A stretch of DNA of 64,000 bases from an uncultured bacterium (lineage in GTDB: Bacteria > Patescibacteriota > Patescibacteriia > Magasanikbacterales > GWA2-37-8), in assembly GCA_937903605.1 (NCBI GenBank), contig CALCZC010000016.1, positions 3,183 to 67,182 of the forward strand. Reading direction: 5' to 3'. Within the stretch, counting starts at the first letter, position 1. Each line of letters opens with the position of its first letter. Positions 16,001 through 24,128 of the stretch are shown here, piece after piece. The position numbers and the translations under genes were made by a program. Below the pieces are notes generated by a model that made no database searches, had not been told where the DNA came from, and saw only the letters and a program-made list of their open reading frames with translations.

Positions 16001-17125
16001 TCCATGCGCGTTAATTCCCGTAGAACTTACGGTATAGTAATCCCTTATATTCTTTGAAGCATTCCAATCCCTGTTATCAATGTTTCCGCACTTCTCACAG
16101 TTATAAACTCGTTCATTCATTCCCAAAGTTTCTTTTACATTTCCACATTTATTGCATGTTTTAGAGGACGGATAGAAGCGTGGAACTTGAGCTAAAAGGA
16201 TTGAATTCCATTCAGTTTTATAACTGAGCTGTCTCCCGATTTCCGATAGGGAACTGTCGGCTAATGCTTGGGCTAACTTATGGTTCTGCATCATATTCTT
16301 TAAAGATAAATCTTCCATCATTATTACGCTTGGTTTGGTTTTCACTAAGCTCGTAGTGATTTTATGAAGATTATCCTTACGGGTATTGGATATTTTATAA
16401 TGAAGTTTTGCTACCCGTTTCCTTGATTGTTCTCGGCGGTTACTCCCCTTCTGCCTACGACTTAACTCTCGTTGAAAGCGTTTAAGTTTACGAAGATAAT
16501 ACTTCAATACCTTCGGATTATTAAAGATTTCATTATTGGAAGTATGAATTAGATTAGTAATTCCGAGGTCTATTCCGATGATTTCTCCTGTGGTTTGTTG
16601 TTCTGGGATTTCAAACTCAAAAGAAGTTGATATAAACCAATGCCCTGCTTTCTCTGAGATAACCACTGACTTTATTGGAAGGTTCGGAATGTAATCTTTT
16701 TCCTTTAAACGAATCCATCCAAGACGAGGAAGTTTAATCCTGCCCGATTCGATATGAAAACTTCCGTCAAGGTAGAATGAATTGGAACTTTTATGTTTGG
16801 ATTTGAACCTTGGAAATCCGGCTTTAATGCCTTTCTTCAAATCGCGGAAGAAGTTTTTGAATGCTCTGTCTACATTTCTTATCGCTTGCTGTGGAGCGCA
16901 TTTACTAACTTCATACATCCACGGAAATTCAGTTGCCTTCAATTCATTTAATATTTTATGCTGTTCAATGGGTGAGATTGATTTCTTTTCGGATTCATAA
17001 AGTTTAATTCGCTCATTCAATGCCCAGTTATAAGTAAATCGTGCCGTGCCCGAATGCTTTTTCAGTAACGTTTTTTGTTTATTATTCGGTTTCAATTCAA
17101 CCTTATAACTTTTGGATATCTTCAT
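15923..17125 (-). CDS. tnpB: TnpB (IS605 OrfB-family RNA-guided nuclease), catalytic triad apparently intact
   Basis: N-terminal KVELKPNNKQKTLL ... ARFTYNWAL; RuvC-I IGIDLGITN; RuvC-II MEDLS; zinc finger CNKCGN ... CEKCGN; RuvC-III NRDWNASKNI. Confidence 0.85.
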   Translation of the reverse strand: MKISKSYKVELKPNNKQKTLLKKHSGTARFTYNWALNERIKLYESEKKSISPIEQHKILNELKATEFPWMYEVSKCAPQQAIRNVDRAFKNFFRDLKKGIKAGFPRFKSKHKSSNSFYLDGSFHIESGRIKLPRLGWIRLKEKDYIPNLPIKSVVISEKAGHWFISTSFEFEIPEQQTTGEIIGIDLGITNLIHTSNNEIFNNPKVLKYYLRKLKRFQRELSRRQKGSNRREQSRKRVAKLHYKISNTRKDNLHKITTSLVKTKPSVIMMEDLSLKNMMQNHKLAQALADSSLSEIGRQLSYKTEWNSILLAQVPRFYPSSKTCNKCGNVKETLGMNERVYNCEKCGNIDNRDWNASKNIRDYYTVSSTGINAHGQNVRRENPMESNRSLDEVRNQQKVT

Positions 17126-17198
17126 TTGCTTCTCCTGTTTTAGTAATTATTCATAACTTTTCATAAGATTTAGGTCAACTGTTGACAACCCTCTGTTC

Positions 17199-17236
17199 TA
17201 CCTTTGAACTACGCGCCTGTAGAATAAAATATTGCA
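17199..17236 (-). other. tRNA-like 5' half (acceptor, D-arm and anticodon stem-loop with GUC-type anticodon) truncated after position 38 where the IS left-end hairpin begins
   Basis: Minus strand reads AGGCGCG-TA-GTTC-AAAGGTA-GAAC-A-GAGGG-TTGTCAA, then CAGTTGACC of the IS hairpin; no matching 3' half found. Confidence 0.35.
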
Positions 17237-17491
17237 TATATAGCCCTGTATGAATAGCGCCTCAAACTTATTATCAGGATAAAGTTTTCTCAAGGATTTT
17301 GAATAAAATTAATCTTTACAAATTTAATCTTTAATCAACAACTTTTAAGTCTTAAAACTTTATCTTTGACCGTTATTCTTTAAACTTTAATGAGCATTTT
17401 ACTGATGCCCAACAGTGCTTCAATGCAGTGGAGCATACGCTGCCCCGTGCGAATAAGTGTTGCCGTTCTCATATATGCAATATTTTATTAT

Positions 17492-18112
17492 TTAGATTTC
17501 AATAAACGTTTTAGCGTTGCTTTCGGACAAAACAAAGTCTATCTCTGATTCAAACTTCGATATTTCTTCATCCAATTTCTGTATTTGTGCTTTAACATTA
17601 ATAGGATCGAATATTTCATAGCAATTCATCTTGCGGTATAAACCAATAAATTCATCAAGACTTGTGGATTTTTTATCCGTTCCAACTCCCTGGGCCTGTA
17701 ATACTCTCTCTAGTGATTCTTCTACTTTCTTATTTGCATCTTTTGCCAATTTATCGGTATTAATAAGCTGCGCCGCCAATATATCTCTTAACATCTTTTT
17801 ATCTGCCATATTTTTCTTTTTTTCTATGCAAGCAGATACAGATAGATTTTCTCCATTGAAGTTTATTATAGTATTTGTGTTAGATAGTATAATTGCTGTT
17901 TTTATCTTATGCCATCTGTTAATTAAGGCATTTATGCTATCAAGAGCCGCTTTCGTGTCAGAGCCAAACTGATTCTTATTCTGATTATTATAGGTTTTAT
18001 CTCCATCGTTTCTGGCTATTGATACAAATGCTGTTGAATTAATGGTATCGTGAATACGCTTTGATATTGTTTTTAATTCTGATAGGCCACGAGTTATTGT
18101 AATCTTTTCCAT
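17492..18112 (-). CDS. hypothetical protein (206 aa)
   Basis: AAGGAG SD; promoter at 18155-18183. Confidence 0.5.
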   Translation of the reverse strand: MEKITITRGLSELKTISKRIHDTINSTAFVSIARNDGDKTYNNQNKNQFGSDTKAALDSINALINRWHKIKTAIILSNTNTIINFNGENLSVSACIEKKKNMADKKMLRDILAAQLINTDKLAKDANKKVEESLERVLQAQGVGTDKKSTSLDEFIGLYRKMNCYEIFDPINVKAQIQKLDEEISKFESEIDFVLSESNAKTFIEI

Positions 18113-18154
18113 TTCGATTGCTCCTTTTTATTTTTTGTTACCTCTCATATTCTA

Positions 18155-18183
18155 ATTTTACTATGCCATTAATTAAATGTCAA
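18155..18183 (-). promoter_or_regulatory. sigma-A promoter TTGACA-17-TAAAAT
   Basis: Minus strand reads TTCTTGACATTtaattaatggcatagTAAAAT. Confidence 0.5.
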
Positions 18184-18451
18184 GAACTATTTTAAAATTA
18201 TTTTATAACTATATGTATAATTTTTATACAGCAAAATATGGCTCTGAAGAATGGCCATGGTGGCCTATTTTAAAAACACCAACAATAATAATGAGAGTAT
18301 ACCCCCCCTTACTCTATCTCTATATATATCTTAACTTGTATATATGTTTATATTATATAGATAGATAGTTATTAAAAATAGTATATGTTAAATTATTAGC
18401 TTAATTTTAACATGTATATAGAAAATATTTTTTAATATTTTTAAAAAGTTC

Positions 18452-18480
18452 TTGACATTCATTTTGTAATATGTTAAGAT
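18452..18480 (+). promoter_or_regulatory. sigma-A promoter TTGACA-17-TAAGAT (TGn); same 60-bp promoter/leader family as 9545
   Basis: TTCTTGACATTCattttgtaataTGtTAAGAT, then GGAGGCG and an ATG. Confidence 0.55.
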
Positions 18481-18501
18481 AACATTATGGAGGCGATAAA
18501 T

Positions 18502-18681
18502 ATGAAACAGAAAGCATTAGCGGCAATACAGGCATATAAGATTATGGATGCTAAGGCATCAGCAATGGCATCACAGATGTCTAATTCTGATCCGTTATAT
18601 ATGGCGGCAGATTATGCTGGCATGGTAGTTAATGTTTATGTTTACATGTTTATTAATTGGATAGAAAACAAATTAAAGTAA
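18502..18681 (+). CDS. hypothetical small protein (MKQKALAA ...)
   Basis: Start after the GGAGGCG SD. Confidence 0.4.
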   Translation: MKQKALAAIQAYKIMDAKASAMASQMSNSDPLYMAADYAGMVVNVYVYMFINWIENKLK

Positions 18682-18697
18682 AAGGAGCGGATATCTT

Positions 18698-18931
18698 TTG
18701 AGTAAAGTTTCGGCAGAGTTAATTACTGGTTTATTTAAAGAGAAGTTGGACATCGACACAAGCAATCTTAAGCAGACTTATATTGCTCCTCGTCCTATTG
18801 TTTGCAAAGAATGTAATCTTAAATTTCAATCTATTGATGTTGCATGCTTTGACTACAACCCTGATAGAGTATTAGTCCACTGTCCTCAGTGCAAAACACA
18901 AAATCTAATTCTTAAAAGGAAAATGTTATAA
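18698..18931 (+). CDS. zinc-ribbon protein (CKEC ... CPQC)
   Basis: TTG start after AAGGAGCG. Confidence 0.4.
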   Translation: MSKVSAELITGLFKEKLDIDTSNLKQTYIAPRPIVCKECNLKFQSIDVACFDYNPDRVLVHCPQCKTQNLILKRKML

Positions 18932-19998
18932 TGGCATCATCTCTTGATATTTCGTTAGGTAGAATTAAAAAAGAGCTTCCAACTCTATGGCCTGGACAAA
19001 TGCCGGCAACAATAGATGAGTTTTTATATTCGTCTAAAATCCCTAACACTACGCAAATAGATTATGAAAAGACCTTTAGGGATTTATATATCTTCCTTCG
19101 TAATGTTAAAAAGCGTAATGAGGCAGATATTATCGTATGGTTATTTGTTCGCGAAAAGATGTTTGATATATATCAACAGCATGGCGATAATCCAAGAGAT
19201 TTTAACACTGCAATTAAGCGCTCATTTGGTTACGACCGTTCAAGGCCAGATGAAGATTGGGCAGGACAGACTGGCAGAGAGGCAATAAAAGATAGACTTG
19301 ACCGCCAAGAAGATAATATTATTAAGATGCAGAATATTGATAAACATGCGCCAAAAGTTGATAAACAATTAAGCGACCTTCGCGAGATACCAAAAGAAGA
19401 CCTTGATAAAATACTTTGCCTTGAACCAGATACTGAGGCAATAATAAAAGATCCAGAAACATTTGAGTATGTAAGAGAACGCGATTATTATTTTAAACGC
19501 AAAAACGAATATCGTGATGCTTACAATTTGAATAGTAGCGCAGACGCTCCGTTGCTTAATGAAGTCGTTATGCGCGAAATACAATTATCTAGATTCGATG
19601 AATACATGGCCAAAAACCATAATAGATTCGTTGGTGACGCAAGAGATCGAGTATTTGAGGGATTATGTAAGGCGCAGAAATCTTTGGGCATATCAAGAGA
19701 GCAGCGTATCGAGGCAGAAGGCGTTGCAAAAGATACGATAGCAGATTTGGCAGATACATTTGAGGCTTATATACAGGAACACCATATCGATCTATCAAAT
19801 CTATTTGCTCTTGAGGAAATCGAAGTATTATTGCAGAAATATGACCGTGGTGAATTTAGAGGAACCAAAGAATTATCAGAACATTCTTTTAAATATCTGA
19901 CTAAGGGAACTACTGTCGAAGAAGCAAGAAAGATATTGGAAGAGAATAGGTCATTAATGGATGAATTAGACAAACAGGCAAGTCAAATAAAATTTTAA
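18931..19998 (+). CDS. hypothetical helical protein (355 aa)
   Basis: ORF. Confidence 0.5.
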   Translation: MASSLDISLGRIKKELPTLWPGQMPATIDEFLYSSKIPNTTQIDYEKTFRDLYIFLRNVKKRNEADIIVWLFVREKMFDIYQQHGDNPRDFNTAIKRSFGYDRSRPDEDWAGQTGREAIKDRLDRQEDNIIKMQNIDKHAPKVDKQLSDLREIPKEDLDKILCLEPDTEAIIKDPETFEYVRERDYYFKRKNEYRDAYNLNSSADAPLLNEVVMREIQLSRFDEYMAKNHNRFVGDARDRVFEGLCKAQKSLGISREQRIEAEGVAKDTIADLADTFEAYIQEHHIDLSNLFALEEIEVLLQKYDRGEFRGTKELSEHSFKYLTKGTTVEEARKILEENRSLMDELDKQASQIKF

Positions 19999-20009
19999 AG
20001 GAGCAATAA

Positions 20010-20231
20010 ATGGAACTTGAAGCAGTTATATCTGAACAATCATATAGTTATCAGCCACCATATAAAAAATATATTATAAATTTTGATTCAGTAAAAACAA
20101 TCGAGGATGTGAAAATACTTCTAGCAGCAATGAATTTGTCATTTCATGTTTATCGTTGTGATGAGAAGAAAACAGATATGGAGAGATTTATTAATTCAAA
20201 CCAACATTTGTTTATAGAGGCAAAGGAGTAG
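20010..20231 (+). CDS. small protein, paralog of 20405-20620
   Basis: Shared PYKKYxIN...KTxEDVK...LFIExKE. Confidence 0.45.
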   Translation: MELEAVISEQSYSYQPPYKKYIINFDSVKTIEDVKILLAAMNLSFHVYRCDEKKTDMERFINSNQHLFIEAKE

Positions 20232-20234
20232 TTA

Positions 20235-20395
20235 TGGCCAAGAAAATATTATGTGAAGATTGCACGGTTGATATTACCAATGAAAACAAGTATAACGTTA
20301 AACGATTGGGCATTAAAGATTATGTGTGTCAGAAATGTTACACTAAGAAGTTAGATAAGATAAAGAAACAGGAATTAAAGAAAAGAGCAATGTAA
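20235..20395 (+). CDS. 53-aa zinc-ribbon protein (CEDC ... CQKC), not in the ORF track
   Basis: ATG after AAGGAGTAG; lies between two paralogous genes. Confidence 0.35.
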
Positions 20396-20404
20396 GGAGC
20401 GATT

Positions 20405-20620
20405 ATGGAAAAAGAAGAATATGGACAAGCTATAGACCAAACTGCGATAGTTCATTTGCCATATAAAAAATATAAAATTAATATTGAAAACATAAAGACG
20501 GTTGAAGACGTTAAAATGGTCTTTAGAATAATGGATATATCCTTATTTACATACGCAAATACTGATATGATGAAAGAAATAGATTTACATAAAGACCTAT
20601 TTATAGAAATAAAGGAGTAA
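20405..20620 (+). CDS. small protein, paralog of 20010-20231
   Basis: As above; AAGGAGCG SD. Confidence 0.45.
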   Translation: MEKEEYGQAIDQTAIVHLPYKKYKINIENIKTVEDVKMVFRIMDISLFTYANTDMMKEIDLHKDLFIEIKE

Positions 20621-20729
20621 TTATGAAAGAAAATATTGGTTTTATTAAATAAGATACAAGTTATATAATTAAACCTATAATACCAATTCCCATTAAAATA
20701 ATAAAAATAAAAGAAAAGGGGCAAAAATA

Positions 20730-21851
20730 ATGTTTAAGGCAGAGGTTAAAACAGGTGAATTTTCAAGGCAGTTGAAAAGATGTTCGGAAATAGTTCCTTC
20801 TTCAGTAGCGTCTCCTATATTACAGAATGTAAAGGTATCATTTAATAAAGACAGTTTAAAACTATTTGCTACTGATATGGAAGCATTTGTTGATATATCA
20901 GTTGCGATGATAGGCGATAATGATGTTCAGTATTCTGCGTTGTTCAATGTTAATTTATTGTGCCAGATAATGAACGCGATCCAGGCGCCTAAAACGGAAA
21001 TATGTTTTGATTCAGAAACTGTAACGCTTTATCTCTCAACCCCTAGGCAGAATTATGAAATAAGAGGGTTTAAAGCAGAAGACTTCCCAACTATTCCGGC
21101 TGTAAATGGCAACGCAGTGCTTGAAGAAACTGAATATGACGTAGACGCATTTCAGCGCATGATTAACGCAACTGCATGGGCGCTTCCCAAAAAAGAACAT
21201 ATTGAATATTGCTGGTTCTATTTTAGAGGCAGCGAAGGCGCATTAACTTGTTATACAACTTGCCGTGAAGCGATATCTAAATATGCAATTAACAATGGCT
21301 GGAGTGGAGAAGATGTTGAGTTTATTCTTCCCCCGAAGATGTTGCTTAAGATTGCAAAATATAAAGCCCATGAAAAGAATATTACGATTTCTGTATTTAG
21401 CGATTATACTTGCTTGCGTTTTGATAATGCAACATATATAATAAGAACATCGGCATCATCATTCCTTCCTTTCGATAGCATAATGGAACAGCAGATGGCG
21501 ACTACAAACATCGCAACTGTTTCATCAGTATTAATAAACGCAGATGTTAAGTCGATATTGCCGTTAACTGGAAATGGAGAGTTTTGCTGGATAGAACTTG
21601 AAAGCGATGGCGATGATAAGCTCGTAATGAAGGCAACATCAATGTCACAGAGTCATGGTTCGATAAGAACTGCGGCCAAAGTAAATGGCGAATTAAAAGG
21701 CAAATACTCAGATACAAAATTAAAATCAGCTCTTGAGAGTATGTCGGCAAATGAAGTCAAACTTAAACAGGGTCCAGTTGCGCTGATAATGGAAGCAGAT
21801 TATGGCGATGGCGCAGAGAGTGCTACGAATATGATAGGAATTAAAAAATAA
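20730..21851 (+). CDS. dnaN: DNA polymerase III beta sliding clamp homolog
   Basis: 373 aa; N-terminal pattern L..L..V..I.....ILQNV.V..N.D.L.L.ATD.E.. resembles the beta clamp. Confidence 0.55.
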   Translation: MFKAEVKTGEFSRQLKRCSEIVPSSVASPILQNVKVSFNKDSLKLFATDMEAFVDISVAMIGDNDVQYSALFNVNLLCQIMNAIQAPKTEICFDSETVTLYLSTPRQNYEIRGFKAEDFPTIPAVNGNAVLEETEYDVDAFQRMINATAWALPKKEHIEYCWFYFRGSEGALTCYTTCREAISKYAINNGWSGEDVEFILPPKMLLKIAKYKAHEKNITISVFSDYTCLRFDNATYIIRTSASSFLPFDSIMEQQMATTNIATVSSVLINADVKSILPLTGNGEFCWIELESDGDDKLVMKATSMSQSHGSIRTAAKVNGELKGKYSDTKLKSALESMSANEVKLKQGPVALIMEADYGDGAESATNMIGIKK

Positions 21852-21865
21852 TAGGAGAGTGGAAT

Positions 21866-22204
21866 ATGAGTTTAGACCAAACAAAAAAGGCAATCGGAAA
21901 TCACAAAAACAAAAATTTGGCGTTGGGCAAGACAGATGTAAGCGATTTTATTAATATGGGACCAGAAGGCAAAACTCTTGTTTTTAAAATACAAGATGGA
22001 CCTATTAAAGAATATGGATTAAATGGGTGCCAAGTCTCCGATATTATCGAGATCGCCACAGATATAATTCGCCAGCTTAATGAATTATATCCTTGTCGCG
22101 AAAATGCTATAACTATAACAAAATTGGAAGAAGCATTAATGTGGCAAGAAAAAAGAACTCAAGATAGAATAATTCGAAATGTTGAAGGCAAAAATATAGA
22201 ATAA
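21866..22204 (+). CDS. hypothetical protein; position is compatible with a small terminase subunit
   Basis: Position only. Confidence 0.4.
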   Translation: MSLDQTKKAIGNHKNKNLALGKTDVSDFINMGPEGKTLVFKIQDGPIKEYGLNGCQVSDIIEIATDIIRQLNELYPCRENAITITKLEEALMWQEKRTQDRIIRNVEGKNIE

Positions 22205-22218
22205 AATAGGATGTGAAT

Positions 22219-22238
22219 GGCGGGGCTTAGTCCCCGCC
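22219..22238 (+). other. GC hairpin GGCGGGG-cttagt-CCCCGCC inside the SD-to-AUG spacer of the terminase gene
   Basis: AGGA at 22207-22210; the hairpin ends 4 nt before the ATG at 22243. Confidence 0.45.
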
Positions 22239-22242
22239 TATA

Positions 22243-24021
22243 ATGGCAATACTTAGTCAATTTAAAAATCATGCAGTTAAAATAGATTGGAATACTAAGA
22301 AGCGATATTTGAAGATGATATGGTTCTTCAGAACATATCCTCATATCGCCGCTCGTATGCTTTTAGGGCTTAGATTGGCCCCTCATCAACGAATTGCTAT
22401 TAATACGGCATGGCAGACGCCAAGATGTATATGGCAATTCTCTCGTGGTATGGCGAAGACCTTTACTGAGTCAACCATGATTACCCTTTTAGAAATGTTA
22501 TATCCTTCGTATAAAATACAATCAACTGCTGGCGGTTCATTTAAACAGACCGAACAGACTTTTGATTATATTGAGTCTATCGTTAAAAGCGAAGTGTTAG
22601 GGCAGAGCGAAAAACATTATGCCAGAAAATTATTGCCAAAACAGGATAGAGTTATAACTAAACAGCCTTCTAATTGGTCGATGAAGATGGCCAAGGGAAT
22701 AAGCAGGGGTTTAGCGATCAAGGGAGGTAATAGAGGTTTCCGTGCTAACACGCTAACTGTCGGCGAAGCGAATGATATTGAACGCGAAACGATGGATAAG
22801 GTGCTTAGACCGTTCCTAAACGTCTTGTATGACCCAATGAATTTTGATAGACGCACTAAGTTTTGTCCTGTGCCTGGATTTAGAGACAGAAGAAAAGAAA
22901 AGAACTTCTTGCTATTGTCTGGAACTATTTCCTATGATTTCACATATTATTTTCAGTTAATAAAAGAATATCAGCAACGAATGCTCGATGGAGATTCGGA
23001 ATATGCTGTTATCTTTTTTGATTTTGAAGACAGTTATATTGGCGAACAGAGTATCGATCCAAATGTTCCGCCAGTTGTCCATAAGGTTTATTATGGAATG
23101 GATTTGGGAGAAATACTCGCGCCATTAAAAGAAGAGAATGTAAGTTATGAGCATTGGCTTGCAGAACAGAAAAATATCCCTGTTGCATCTGAAGGCAAGT
23201 TCTATCCGCCGGCGCTCGTTTATGATAGCTATAAACTAAAGAATGGTAATGACTCCATGGCATGCCTTAAATTTGAATCACAAGGCATATGCTTCATGGG
23301 AATTGACCCATTCTATGGAAGCGCTAAAGGCCAGAAGACTCAAAATAAGAACGCAGAGTTTGGCTTAACTATTTTGGAGTTAATGGAAGACCATGCTCAG
23401 TTAGTGCATTGCATAGGCGTAAGGAATATAGATTATAGCGGCGCAACACAGATTATCCTTGATTATATGAAGAAGTTTTCAAGGATACATTTAATTGGAA
23501 TGGACGCTCGTGGTGGCGGTATCCCTATAAGAGATAACTTAAGGTCTGGCAAGTTTGGAAACATCCCTATTATAGATCCAACTGACCCAGATAATGCGCC
23601 ATTTCTTGAACAGAATAATTGCTCTCCTTATTTGGATTGCTTGAGGCTTGTATCGCCCACTGATGAGTTTAATACAATGCATAATGAATCATTAAAAAAT
23701 ATGTTGCAGATGAGAAATATAATTATTCCATTTACAACACACGGCCATTTCGATTATGATAGAGATAACCGCATTCCGCAATATGAAAAAAGACCGGAAG
23801 CAGATATAGATAAATTATATCGTGATTTACATGTATTAAAGACGCAGTTAACATCTGTCGAGACGGAAGCGACAAGTAATTATCTTAAATTCTTTGTTCG
23901 CTCTGGGCAGAAAGATAGATATTCATCTTTCGTATATGCGGCTGCAATGTATTGGACCTGGAGACTAAATCATTTAAATATTACATCGCGTACTAATGTC
24001 CCAGGCGCGGCGTGGAGATAA
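22243..24021 (+). CDS. terminase large subunit
   Basis: 592 aa; ATPase-like N-half (SRGMAKT, VIFFDFED) and a C-terminal RNase-H-like nuclease region (MGIDPFYGSAKG); lies upstream of the portal. Confidence 0.65.
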   Translation: MAILSQFKNHAVKIDWNTKKRYLKMIWFFRTYPHIAARMLLGLRLAPHQRIAINTAWQTPRCIWQFSRGMAKTFTESTMITLLEMLYPSYKIQSTAGGSFKQTEQTFDYIESIVKSEVLGQSEKHYARKLLPKQDRVITKQPSNWSMKMAKGISRGLAIKGGNRGFRANTLTVGEANDIERETMDKVLRPFLNVLYDPMNFDRRTKFCPVPGFRDRRKEKNFLLLSGTISYDFTYYFQLIKEYQQRMLDGDSEYAVIFFDFEDSYIGEQSIDPNVPPVVHKVYYGMDLGEILAPLKEENVSYEHWLAEQKNIPVASEGKFYPPALVYDSYKLKNGNDSMACLKFESQGICFMGIDPFYGSAKGQKTQNKNAEFGLTILELMEDHAQLVHCIGVRNIDYSGATQIILDYMKKFSRIHLIGMDARGGGIPIRDNLRSGKFGNIPIIDPTDPDNAPFLEQNNCSPYLDCLRLVSPTDEFNTMHNESLKNMLQMRNIIIPFTTHGHFDYDRDNRIPQYEKRPEADIDKLYRDLHVLKTQLTSVETEATSNYLKFFVRSGQKDRYSSFVYAAAMYWTWRLNHLNITSRTNVPGAAWR

Positions 24022-24045
24022 AATGAAAATAAATTTAAAAAACAG

Positions 24046-24074
24046 TTGACATCCTATTTATTTATGATTAGAAT
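24046..24074 (+). promoter_or_regulatory. sigma-A promoter TTGACA-17-TAGAAT upstream of the portal gene
   Basis: Direct reading. Confidence 0.45.
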
Positions 24075-24128
24075 ATAAATAGGATAATGCTGTATTTTTG
24101 TACACTTAATTTTGGATTGGAGGACTAC

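Larger units (their letters stand above)
15690..17200 (-). mobile_element. IS200/IS605-family (IS1341-like) element: TnpB only, no TnpA; left-end subterminal hairpin GTCAA-cag-TTGAC at about 17175-17190
   Basis: TnpB ORF plus a palindromic left-end hairpin 40 nt upstream of the tnpB start; extent approximate. Confidence 0.5.

Noticed and set aside
15761-16057. Plus-strand 98-aa ORF
   Set aside because: It lies antisense to the 3' end of tnpB and to the predicted omega-RNA region, and it has no SD.
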